The notes below the pieces were generated by a model, which did not search any database, was not told the DNA's origin, and was given only the letters and a program-made list of their open reading frames with translations. A program made the translations under genes and the position numbers. Below are positions 8,559-16,697 of a stretch of 64,000 bases of DNA, piece by piece; within the stretch, counting starts at the first letter, position 1, and every line of letters starts with the position of its first letter. This DNA is from an uncultured bacterium (GTDB lineage Bacteria > Actinomycetota > Acidimicrobiia > Spongiisociales > UBA5794): positions 320,001 through 384,000 of the forward strand of contig CAWDDT010000006.1 in NCBI GenBank assembly GCA_963801165.1, read 5' to 3'.

Positions 8559-9643
8559 GCGAGATCGATCACGATGCCGGGGCTCGCGGCTTCGGGGTAG
8601 CTAACCGTGTAGCGATGCCGTTCCATGAGGTGCGGATCATCCCAGACGTCGTTGAATCGAGTCCGGTAGTTGAACAGGAGCTGGGGTCCCGATTCAGGGC
8701 GTTGTCCGCATGCGATCACCCGCGCCACGGCTTCTCTGTCCGGATGCCGGTAGTACGCGCCATTGCTGGAGAAGATGAACCGAGGACACGACACTTGCTC
8801 GACCATTCTTCTCGACACATTCTTCTTACTGCCGTGATGCGGCAGTTTGAAGGCGTCGAGCTCGAGCCGCTCCGATTCTCGCAGCGCCAACAGCCGGCCG
8901 AGAGAGTCCTCTAGAACGTCGGCGTGAGCATCACCGGCGAGCAGAACCGCGACCTCCTGACCATTGTCGGTGTATTCGGCGAGGAGGGCGATGGTCGTGC
9001 CGTTAGCGACGCTGCGATCCGGTGCGAAGGGTGCATCCTTCAATGCATCGAAGTCGAACGAGCCGAACGTCTCCCATCCCGGTAGCTCCTCCGGCACCGA
9101 CGCCGGCACCTCGGGGTCCAAGCCGGCTTCACGCACCACCCTGCTCCACCCCGGCCGGAGGGCGGCGAGCTGCGCCCGGCCCGGGGAGAGCACCGTCATA
9201 CGGAGCCCTCCCGCCAGTTTGCGCGACACCGGTGCCCCTAGGTCCGCGACGGCGATCGCCGGACCGAAGGGTCGGCTCCCGTTCCAGGTTTGGTTGCGAT
9301 CGAGGATTGCCTTGGTGAGTCGTTCGCCTGCGATCGGCCCGAACACCTCGTGCTCTTCCGACAGATGCGGGAATCCGTTGAACCAGATGTCGTCGATTGC
9401 CAGGTTGGTGTCGTTCTCGAGCAAGGTGACGATCCCATCGATGTGGTCCGCATCTATATGGGTCACCACAACGAGATCCACCCGGCGATCGCCCACGGGT
9501 AGGTCCTCGAGGCATCGGAAGACGCTCTCGCTCGTATCTGACGTACCGCCGTCGACGAGGATTCGATGGGGAGCGGCCGGATCGCCGTAGACGATCCAAA
9601 GCGCGTCACCCTGACTCGCCGGCAGCGCGCTGAGACGGAACAC
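8555..9643 (-). CDS. MBL-fold metallo-hydrolase (ComEC/Rec2-like, Avs1a-like)
   Basis: QGDALWI, ILVDGG, VTHIDADHIDG, LLAGDA, KLPHHGS, SSNG...HPD. Confidence 0.9.
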   Translation of the reverse strand: MFRLSALPASQGDALWIVYGDPAAPHRILVDGGTSDTSESVFRCLEDLPVGDRRVDLVVVTHIDADHIDGIVTLLENDTNLAIDDIWFNGFPHLSEEHEVFGPIAGERLTKAILDRNQTWNGSRPFGPAIAVADLGAPVSRKLAGGLRMTVLSPGRAQLAALRPGWSRVVREAGLDPEVPASVPEELPGWETFGSFDFDALKDAPFAPDRSVANGTTIALLAEYTDNGQEVAVLLAGDAHADVLEDSLGRLLALRESERLELDAFKLPHHGSKKNVSRRMVEQVSCPRFIFSSNGAYYRHPDREAVARVIACGQRPESGPQLLFNYRTRFNDVWDDPHLMERHRYTVSYPEAASPGIVIDLA

Positions 9644-9764
9644 CTACGCACCTCCCCCCGATCGCTGGTTGACATCCTTCACCCGATCTTCGCCCATCCT
9701 ACCCGGCTGGATCCGAACCGGTCAGTACCCGCAGACGGCTCTCGCCGAGATTCGACTCGTCCGT

Positions 9765-9812
9765 TCGTCGGCTGACCGGGTTTGAACCCGCGACCTCTTG
9801 ACCCCCAGTCAA
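9765..9812 (-). repeat. Displaced, partly degenerate 3' half of tRNA-Pro (att junction)
   Basis: The 23-bp GCGACCTCTTGACCCCCAGTCAA (9790-9812) is identical to 18734-18756. The T-arm/acceptor part carries three substitutions and a 1-nt deletion. Confidence 0.9.
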
Positions 9813-9937
9813 CGAGGGACCTTGACGGATGGTGTCGAGCAATGATGAGTTGCCAGCGAAAACCCGGTGTGACCAGGGATTACGGTGCCAGGTCGTGCTC
9901 GGTGATTCCACTGCGTGTTACCTGGTTCTCCAGTCGA

Positions 9938-9956
9938 TAGGCGCCAGATAGGCGCC
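9938..9956. repeat. Putative integrase arm-type sites (left end)
   Basis: TAGGCGCC x2 with an 11-bp period (9938, 9949); same motif and spacing at 18629/18640. Confidence 0.65.
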
Positions 9957-10294
9957 AGCGCCGGCCCCGGCCTCGAGAAGTCACGCTATCCTCGCTGCAG
10001 TTGAACCCACACGACCTCCCTCGGGGCGGCGGGCTGCATGACGGATTCAAGGTGCTTCGAGCCGTGCCCACCGGGGAGCAGGAGGCGACGGAAGACCCTG
10101 TGATGCGCAGGGAGGTCACCCTTTCCGACGTCGACTCTTGTCTTGGCGTAGATCGTGTCGTTCCTCGTCTCATCGTGACCCAAGTGCCCGGCGACCGGCG
10201 CTCGTACCTCTGACGCACCGGTGGGGCGGTCGGTCGATCTGTGCAGTGCTCGGCACCTTCGCCATCTACGCGCCTCCGGCGAATCTTCAGGGCT

Positions 10295-11014
10295 TCAGGC
10301 TGGATTGCAGGGGTCGTCCCCGGCATTCATGATGGGCGCATCCTCGTTCAGCTGCTGCAGCTGAACGAGCGCGCGGACGCCGGGCCCTTCTGGAGCGTTT
10401 TCGGTTGAGAGCCGGATCCAGAGACTGGCGTCGTCGAGGGGTAGCGCGAGGTTGGGCTGTACGTGAGTGAGACGCCCGGTGGCGCCTGTCGTGACGTTTG
10501 AGAGCGACCCGAGGGGTACCTGATCCTGCCCGCTGCAGGTACCGAGTTCGATCGCGACTTGCGTAGCGGGAGCAGAATCTCGGACGGTGAGCAGCAACCA
10601 GACTACCGGATCGATTGCGGCTGGTTCGTCAACGACTACGAACGTAAGTGTGGCCGACAAGCCGTTCGCCGCCGGCAGGTCGTAGGTTGCAGCGGCCGTT
10701 GGGCCGGAGAACTGGCGGGCATCCGACGCCAGCTCCTCATTCCGAGCCTTCATCGCTTCCAGAGCGGTTTCAACACGTTCGAGCTCCGCCTGCGCTACGT
10801 CCCTGTCCGCCTCGACAGAAGAGACAGCTGCTCGGAGCTGAGCGATCTCTTGACTCGCCAGCTCCGGTCCGTCCGCTAAGGCTCCACGAGCCCCGTTCGA
10901 CCCGGCCGACTGGAGCACCCACCCGGCCGTGAGGCCGAGAGCGAAGACGAGCGCAAACAATCCAAGCCGAGAAATCCACCGCATAGCGCGCGGCCGTCCT
11001 GAGCTGCCGTTCAT
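10295..11014 (-). CDS. Exported/membrane-anchored hypothetical protein with a coiled coil and a two-Cys C-terminal domain
   Basis: ATG 11014 overlaps the upstream stop (ATGA). Hydrophobic segment LGLFALVFALGLTAGWVL, heptad region, then GTCS and DPC. Confidence 0.65.
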   Translation of the reverse strand: MNGSSGRPRAMRWISRLGLFALVFALGLTAGWVLQSAGSNGARGALADGPELASQEIAQLRAAVSSVEADRDVAQAELERVETALEAMKARNEELASDARQFSGPTAAATYDLPAANGLSATLTFVVVDEPAAIDPVVWLLLTVRDSAPATQVAIELGTCSGQDQVPLGSLSNVTTGATGRLTHVQPNLALPLDDASLWIRLSTENAPEGPGVRALVQLQQLNEDAPIMNAGDDPCNPA

Positions 11015-11649
11015 TGCGGAGTGGCTCTTGTTAGCGATGCTGCAATCATGGCAGCCCCGGCAAGTCCCCCGGCGATTCGCCACGTGGCCCGCCACCATTG
11101 CGACAGCAGTTGTTCGACGGCGCGTTCCAGGCCGGGATGACCTGACGGAGCGACAGCTCCCAACCAGAATGCGAACGCTCGGCCCGCGCCGAAAGCGAGC
11201 CCTGCTTCCAGGCCGTGGCCGTTGAGAGCAGCGACGATCAAGGCAACCCACAGCAAGGACGACGAGACGACCGTCCACCAGCCCAGGCCCAAGAGAAACC
11301 CAAAGAGAGGGACCCCGACAATGCGACGCTGAGCGGTATGCCGCCAAACCTGGTGACGTCGCGGGGAGAACACGCGCGGGCGACCTGTCAATGACGTCGC
11401 GAGAACGAACCCACCCAGCAATGTGAGGGCAACGCGATAGGTGGAGCCGTCAGTAGCCACGTCCGGGACCAGCCTGTCCAGGGTCGCGAAGGAGGCAACG
11501 GCGCCGGTCATTGCGCCGAGCGTGAAGAGAACCGATCGAGTGATTCGCGTACCTGGTCGACCGACCTGACCGCCGCAGATGGCGTTGATCCCTCAGCCGG
11601 TCGCCGTCATAGCTACCGCTGCCAACAGAGCAAGTACCACGCTCGCCAC
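11011..11649 (-). CDS. MauF/CcdA-like membrane redox protein, candidate selenoprotein (in-frame TGA at codon 19)
   Basis: GGGAGG RBS plus GTG 11649: MASVVLALLAAVAMTATG*GINAICGGQ...FTLGAMTGA is in frame with ORF 11011-11511. Later motifs RRHQV, FGFLLGLGWWTVVSS and FGAGRA are MauF-like. Confidence 0.65.
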
Positions 11650-11671
11650 GGAACCTCCCTTCATCAAACCG

Positions 11672-12127
11672 CTAGCAGGCACTTAGAACCCTGGCGCAGA
11701 TGCACCTCACGCCGGCGTCGTTGTCACAATCGCAGCAGATGGTGGTCCGACACGGTGATTGGGTTGTACAGACCCAGCAGCTCATGCCCGAGCCCCAGCT
11801 GTTGGGCTTCGTGCAAGGCGAGTTGCAGGAACTCCCTGAGCAACTGCAGCCATTGGTGCTGCATCCGGTGCCACAGCAAGGCGATGGCCCACAATACTGG
11901 GGACAGCATCCACCTGTCGGTGAACCACAGCTCGCCGCAGTGGCTGACGCGGGGCGGAACAGCGCGCCGTGCGCAAGTGTGTAGGCAAGTCCGTAGAAGG
12001 CTGCATCCGCGGCGCGCCTGAGGAATCGTCGCCGATCCATCGCACCCGCCACACGGGTCGCGGCCGCCACCGCCTTAGGGTGGTCTTCATGCCCGGGATG
12101 TGGCGATGATCGTCCATGGTGTCGCAT
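11672..12127 (-). CDS. Tat-exported cysteine-rich peptide (20 Cys in ~87-aa predicted mature part)
   Basis: DRRRFLR twin-arginine motif, h-region, ASATA cleavage site, then SCGSPTGGCCPQYC...SCWVC...CCDC...RCIC...SAC. ATG 12127 follows the upstream stop by 1 nt. Confidence 0.8.
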   Translation of the reverse strand: MRHHGRSSPHPGHEDHPKAVAAATRVAGAMDRRRFLRRAADAAFYGLAYTLAHGALFRPASATAASCGSPTGGCCPQYCGPSPCCGTGCSTNGCSCSGSSCNSPCTKPNSWGSGMSCWVCTTQSPCRTTICCDCDNDAGVRCICARVLSAC

Positions 12128-12128
12128 T

Positions 12129-12725
12129 TCAGCCCCCGTCCTCGCCACGACCCTGAAGGACTCGGTTCGTCGGTCGTGGCGAAGGTGACACCGCTGACCA
12201 AGCCAGAGCCTCGAGATCCTCTATTGAGTTGACCAACGACTTGGCAATGACCGTTCCCGTTTCGTCGATCACGTGTACGAACGGCGTGCCCCGGATGTCA
12301 AGGGAATCGAACACCTCCGCATCAACGACACCGGCAACAAGCTTCGTGGCCGGGAGTTCGCCGGTCACAGTGTCGTCGTCTTGGCGCTGCAACCACACGA
12401 ACTCGAGACTCTCGTTCCATCCTGCAATGAAGGAGTCCAGATCAGGAAGGAGGGCCTGGCATATTGGGCAATCTGGCAGTGAGAATATCGCGATGACGGA
12501 CCGCTTGTTTGCCGACCCGTTCCATTCGAGTCGATGCTCGCGCCCGTTGCTAGTGAAACTGATCGGTGGGGCCTTGGTTCCAATCGCGATCCCTCCGAGG
12601 TTCACCCGTCCTCGGCCGCCGAGATACACGAGACCAATCTGCCGGTACAGCAATAGAAGCGCCACACTCGAGAAGACGGCAATGAACCACAGCAGGCCAT
12701 ACGAGAGCCAGAACAGATCGCTCAT
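12129..12725 (-). CDS. MauD-like membrane-anchored thioredoxin-fold protein
   Basis: N-terminal TM followed by LLYRQIG, IGTKAPP, FSLPDCPICQAL (CxxC), and GTPFVHVID. Confidence 0.8.
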   Translation of the reverse strand: MSDLFWLSYGLLWFIAVFSSVALLLLYRQIGLVYLGGRGRVNLGGIAIGTKAPPISFTSNGREHRLEWNGSANKRSVIAIFSLPDCPICQALLPDLDSFIAGWNESLEFVWLQRQDDDTVTGELPATKLVAGVVDAEVFDSLDIRGTPFVHVIDETGTVIAKSLVNSIEDLEALAWSAVSPSPRPTNRVLQGRGEDGG

Positions 12726-13252
12726 GGCGCCGACCTCAACTGGAGGCCGAGCTCTTCGAGCACGTTAGGTACGGCAACGACCAGGACAGAACCGAGCAGG
12801 GCCAGCATGTAGAGGAGCGCCCCTTCCGCCGCGCCCAGCCTGCCGAACATCATCGGTGACGGCATTGCCCAGATCACACCGGCCCCGGCGATCAACACGG
12901 CGTTTCGAACGAGAGCAAGGTTGCCCGTTCTAAGGTGCCCTATGCCGCAGCCGCAGGCCGAGGCTACCCCCGCCCGAACATTGGCCGCGATGGCCGCCGT
13001 GAACCCAGCGAGCGTGCCGCCAGCGAGCACGGCCCCAGCTACTCCAGGGATCGACGGCATCAAGAGAAAGGTGGCAGCCAACAGCTCCAGAAAGGGAATC
13101 CCATATGAGACTATCTTGCGAAAACGCGAACGACGCATCAGCCAGACATATCCGGAGAGGGCACGAACAAATTCGTCGCGTGACCGCAGCTTCGCGATGA
13201 AGGAGAGAAGAAAGACGAACCCAAGTGTGAGTCGGATCCATTCGACGTACAC
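12722..13252 (-). CDS. MauE/DoxX-family membrane protein
   Basis: VFLLSFIAKL...F...GY...ELLAA...FTAAI...CGCG...LVRN. AAGGAGG RBS before GTG 13252. Confidence 0.85.
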   Translation of the reverse strand: MYVEWIRLTLGFVFLLSFIAKLRSRDEFVRALSGYVWLMRRSRFRKIVSYGIPFLELLAATFLLMPSIPGVAGAVLAGGTLAGFTAAIAANVRAGVASACGCGIGHLRTGNLALVRNAVLIAGAGVIWAMPSPMMFGRLGAAEGALLYMLALLGSVLVVAVPNVLEELGLQLRSAP

Positions 13253-13378
13253 AATCTCCCTCCTTCTGGACAACGATACACACGCATAGCCCAGAATGGG
13301 GGAGCCGCGCAAGAAATCCCTCCTGATCCGGTGGTCGAAGCGCCGTGCCCGGGTCGCAAAGCGTCGTCCTTCCGCATG

Positions 13379-16120
13379 TCATCGGGCGGTGCTACGGGTG
13401 CTGTCTCGGTTTCGGGTGCGTTCGGCGTTGTGGCGTTGTCTGGCGGCTTCGATGCTCTGGTTGATCTTCTGACAGATCTCGTGGTCGTCGTCGGAGCCGT
13501 GAGCTGGCTTGTCGACGTCGTGGTCGGGTGGGTGCGTCCCGGCTTGCAGCTCGACTCCGAGCGAGGAGGTCAACACCCTGCCGGCTTCGAGGCGTGTTCG
13601 TTGGGCGATGGCGGGTTGGTCGATCCAGTGCCGGACCGCGGCTTGGGTAAGCACGTCGGCTGCTGTCTCGCCGTCGTTGGTGACGACGTAGGCGTGGTTG
13701 GAGGTTCGGCCCCGTGTCAGCGGCGTGTAGAGGCCGCGGCTGTCGGTGGGGCCGTCGACGAGGAGGAGCCCGGTGTCGACGGTGCGGCCTTGGGTGGCGT
13801 GGCTCGTCTGCGCGTAGCCCAGCTCGAGGTCCTCGGCGGCGTAGTCGGCGGGTAGACGAACCCTGCCAGCCCTACCGGCGACGGTGACGGCGCCGTCGGG
13901 GTGGATGGCTTCTATGGTCCAGTGGTCCCGGTTCTTCACCATGACGCCGCGGTCGGTGCGTAGGGTGCGCTGGTTGTGGCGGGTGACGACTTCGTCGCCG
14001 ACAAGCAGCCGCTGGCGGCCGAGGCCGAGGGCAGGCCCGTTCGGGTCGAGCTCACCGGTGGCAATGCGTCGTTGTTGGGTTAGCTGGTTGAGACAGTGGA
14101 CGGTGTGGTTGGTGTTGGCCATCAACGCTACCGACTCGCCCCGCCGCCGCGCCTCATGCCAGGCGTCGACGATGGCTGTCTCCATGGCGTTGGGGGTGCC
14201 GTCGTGGAGGCGACCGTGACGCTCATACTCCGCCAAGACGGAGGCATCTCCAGTACGAATTCGCCGGGTGGCGTCGGCTTCCCATTGGTGGGTGAAGCGG
14301 TGGATGTGGTCGAGTTCGACAGCTCCGTGGGTGTCGATGAGGCGGGCGAACATGCCGCCCCGACCGACGGCGGAGAACTGGCGAGGGTCACCCACCATCA
14401 CCACCCGCCATCGTTCCACGTCGGCGAGACAGGTGAGGGCGGCGAGTTTTGGTGTTGAGACGGTGCCGGCCTCATCGACGATCACCGTCGAGCCCCGCGG
14501 GAGATCGTATGGCGGTTGTGGTGGTCGGTCGGGCCGGGCGTGTTCGTAGAGGAGCTTGTCGAGGGTGTCGGCTGGCATGGTGGTTTCTGTGGCGAGCACC
14601 TCGGCGGCTGCTGCGGTGGGTGCCACCCCGAACACCGTCTGACCGCGGTCTTGTAGGTAGGTGACGGCTGGGGTGAGGGCGGTGGTCTTGCCGGATCCGG
14701 CGGGTCCGACGATCAGCTCCAACGGTGCCCCACCGGATGCCGCCCGGCACGCTTCGGCTTGACCCGCGCTCAGACCCTGCGTGTCTAGGCCCCGGGGTCG
14801 GGTGTTGATGATGTCGGCGAAGCGGCGCTGGCGTTGAGCCCACTCCACGATCCGTTCCTCCTCCTCGAGAATGGCGTGGGTGGTGAGGGCCCGGTCGAAG
14901 GCAGCTTCGCTGATCGGGCGCCCATCACGGCGCAACACAGCACCAGACGGCACTGGTGGGGACAGATCGACACAGCGGTTAGCGGCGACGTGGTTGGCGA
15001 GGTCCTGCAAGAAGCTGCTCAGACGATCCGGTTCGACCGTGATACTGGTGGGGACCTGGGCGGCGAGCTCACGGACCAGTTCGGCGGGACGCCACGTCGA
15101 CTGCCGCTCTGCCAACGCCCCTAACGCCGCCTCCACCATTCCGGCCATTGTCGCCTGGTCGATGCCGGTCGCCTCGCGGACACGACCCACCACGGCGGCG
15201 ACGAGGTGGTGTGGTTCGTAGCTGAGGGCTTGCAACCTGCTGCGCCACCCGGCGTGCAACTCGCCGGCTGTGTGACCGTGCGTTTTGGCGGGGCGACTAT
15301 CCAGCACAGCTTCTCGTTCCAGGCGCCACCGTTCCCGTGGTGTCGGCTCCCGCCCGAGGTCGCTACGGAACCGGTCCAGTTTCTCGTCGACACGCGTCTC
15401 GATGTCGCGGCTGCGTTGGGAGAACTCGGCCAGCACCCCCGCATCGACACCGACCATCTCAGAGATCCCATTCACTGGAGGCTGCCAGCGGACTCCGAGG
15501 CGGCGGGTCAGCTCGGCCCGCAACCCGGCGTGATACAACCCCGACAGGGTCCGCTGATCCATCTTCAACGTGCGGGCATCGAGCGCCAACCACCGTCCAT
15601 CCGGAGAGCGGACTCGGTTGGCGATCACCGCATGGGTATGCAGCTGCGGGTCGAGGCGACGGCTGGTGTGCTGACGGAATACCCCCACCACGATTCCTTC
15701 GGCGTCGACACACACCACATGACCCCGCCGCCGCAACCGAGTGTGCGCCTGCGACTCGATCCAGTCGAGCACTGCGTCGACGGCCCGGTCATGCGCCTCC
15801 GTCACCTGCGCTCGCAGTTGTTGGTCGCCGATGGCGAACAGCACCGACACCGACTTCGGCGCCGAAAACGTCGCATCGAACCCCCGCACCGAACCGTCGC
15901 CGAAGCGGCGGCCCAACCGCTCACCGCTCATCGGAGCCAGTCCGGCCATCACCGCCAAGAACGCTTCATCATCGACTTGCCCTCCGAGACCGAGCATCCG
16001 GGCGCCGTGTCCGAACCAGCGACCCGGCGGCTCACCGCTGTCGAGGTAGTACGACGGGAGCTGCTCGGTGTAGTAGCGACCAGCCTCGGTGCCCTTCAAC
16101 GTCGTCACCCGCACCGTCAC
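13379..16120 (-). CDS. MOB-F (TrwC-like) relaxase-helicase
   Basis: N-terminal RYY...SYY, DATFSAPKSVS, HTSRRLDPQLHTH (3H motif), GPAGSGKT, DEAG, GYAQTSHATQG. Confidence 0.95.
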   Translation of the reverse strand: MTVRVTTLKGTEAGRYYTEQLPSYYLDSGEPPGRWFGHGARMLGLGGQVDDEAFLAVMAGLAPMSGERLGRRFGDGSVRGFDATFSAPKSVSVLFAIGDQQLRAQVTEAHDRAVDAVLDWIESQAHTRLRRRGHVVCVDAEGIVVGVFRQHTSRRLDPQLHTHAVIANRVRSPDGRWLALDARTLKMDQRTLSGLYHAGLRAELTRRLGVRWQPPVNGISEMVGVDAGVLAEFSQRSRDIETRVDEKLDRFRSDLGREPTPRERWRLEREAVLDSRPAKTHGHTAGELHAGWRSRLQALSYEPHHLVAAVVGRVREATGIDQATMAGMVEAALGALAERQSTWRPAELVRELAAQVPTSITVEPDRLSSFLQDLANHVAANRCVDLSPPVPSGAVLRRDGRPISEAAFDRALTTHAILEEEERIVEWAQRQRRFADIINTRPRGLDTQGLSAGQAEACRAASGGAPLELIVGPAGSGKTTALTPAVTYLQDRGQTVFGVAPTAAAAEVLATETTMPADTLDKLLYEHARPDRPPQPPYDLPRGSTVIVDEAGTVSTPKLAALTCLADVERWRVVMVGDPRQFSAVGRGGMFARLIDTHGAVELDHIHRFTHQWEADATRRIRTGDASVLAEYERHGRLHDGTPNAMETAIVDAWHEARRRGESVALMANTNHTVHCLNQLTQQRRIATGELDPNGPALGLGRQRLLVGDEVVTRHNQRTLRTDRGVMVKNRDHWTIEAIHPDGAVTVAGRAGRVRLPADYAAEDLELGYAQTSHATQGRTVDTGLLLVDGPTDSRGLYTPLTRGRTSNHAYVVTNDGETAADVLTQAAVRHWIDQPAIAQRTRLEAGRVLTSSLGVELQAGTHPPDHDVDKPAHGSDDDHEICQKINQSIEAARQRHNAERTRNRDSTRSTAR

Positions 16121-16204
16121 AGTGCCACCTCCACCCTGTCACCGCAGGTGTGCACTCGTCTGTCCTCGAATCGCCGCGGGTGGGTACACATGGGATCTCC
16201 GTCC

Positions 16205-16600
16205 TCAGGTGGAGCTGGGCTGCGAGTCGAAGAGGTCGAGCTGATCTGCGATACGGTCCCGGCGTTTTCGAGTCGGCCTTGTCGTCGGTGAGCGCTGAGC
16301 CGGTGGTTCTTCGGCCAACTCGCTCGGGCGTGGTTTCGGTGGTTCGGCCGGCAGTACGGCTTCCCTGGTCTCTTCGATCCGGCCGGGGCTGTCGAAGTAG
16401 GCGAGTTCAGCACCGATCAGATCCTCGAGCGCCCGCCGTGGCACCCGCAACACATGACCCAGATCGATCACCGGCAGACCCGACCGTCCATCGGTCTCCC
16501 GCCACTCCCTCGCCATTGCATACGCCTTGGTCCGCCCGATCCGCAGCAGCACGCCAGCTTCCTCCACGGTCAGAAGAACCGGGACCGTCTCACCAGACAC
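16205..16600 (-). CDS. Excisionase-like HTH protein
   Basis: LLTVEEAGVLLRIGRTKAY...LPVIDLGHVLRVPRRALE. Confidence 0.85.
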   Translation of the reverse strand: MSGETVPVLLTVEEAGVLLRIGRTKAYAMAREWRETDGRSGLPVIDLGHVLRVPRRALEDLIGAELAYFDSPGRIEETREAVLPAEPPKPRPSELAEEPPAQRSPTTRPTRKRRDRIADQLDLFDSQPSST

Positions 16601-16697
16601 AACCTGCCACCTTTGATCTCACTGCCTACTCCTTGTATCATACACAGAGTTTCAGCGCACTACCACCACAAGTCACAAGTTGTGTATGCTTTTGGTG
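16601..16697. promoter_or_regulatory. Divergent xis/repressor control region
   Basis: AT-richer gap containing the palindrome TGTATCATACA, the repeat CACAAGT x2, and a TATGCT -10 box 7 nt before ATG 16698. Confidence 0.5.

Noticed and set aside
6046-9643. AVAST type 1 or gasdermin system
   Set aside because: No STAND NTPase/Walker motifs or TPR array, and no recognisable gasdermin features in the third protein.
9960-10290. Short ORFs between the att site and the cargo operon
   Set aside because: No motif, no consistent RBS/ORF combination and no codon pattern in any frame.
11672-13252. Genuine methylamine dehydrogenase (mau) cluster
   Set aside because: No MauB, MauG or amicyanin/cytochrome gene, and the Cys/Trp spacing of the peptide does not match MauA.
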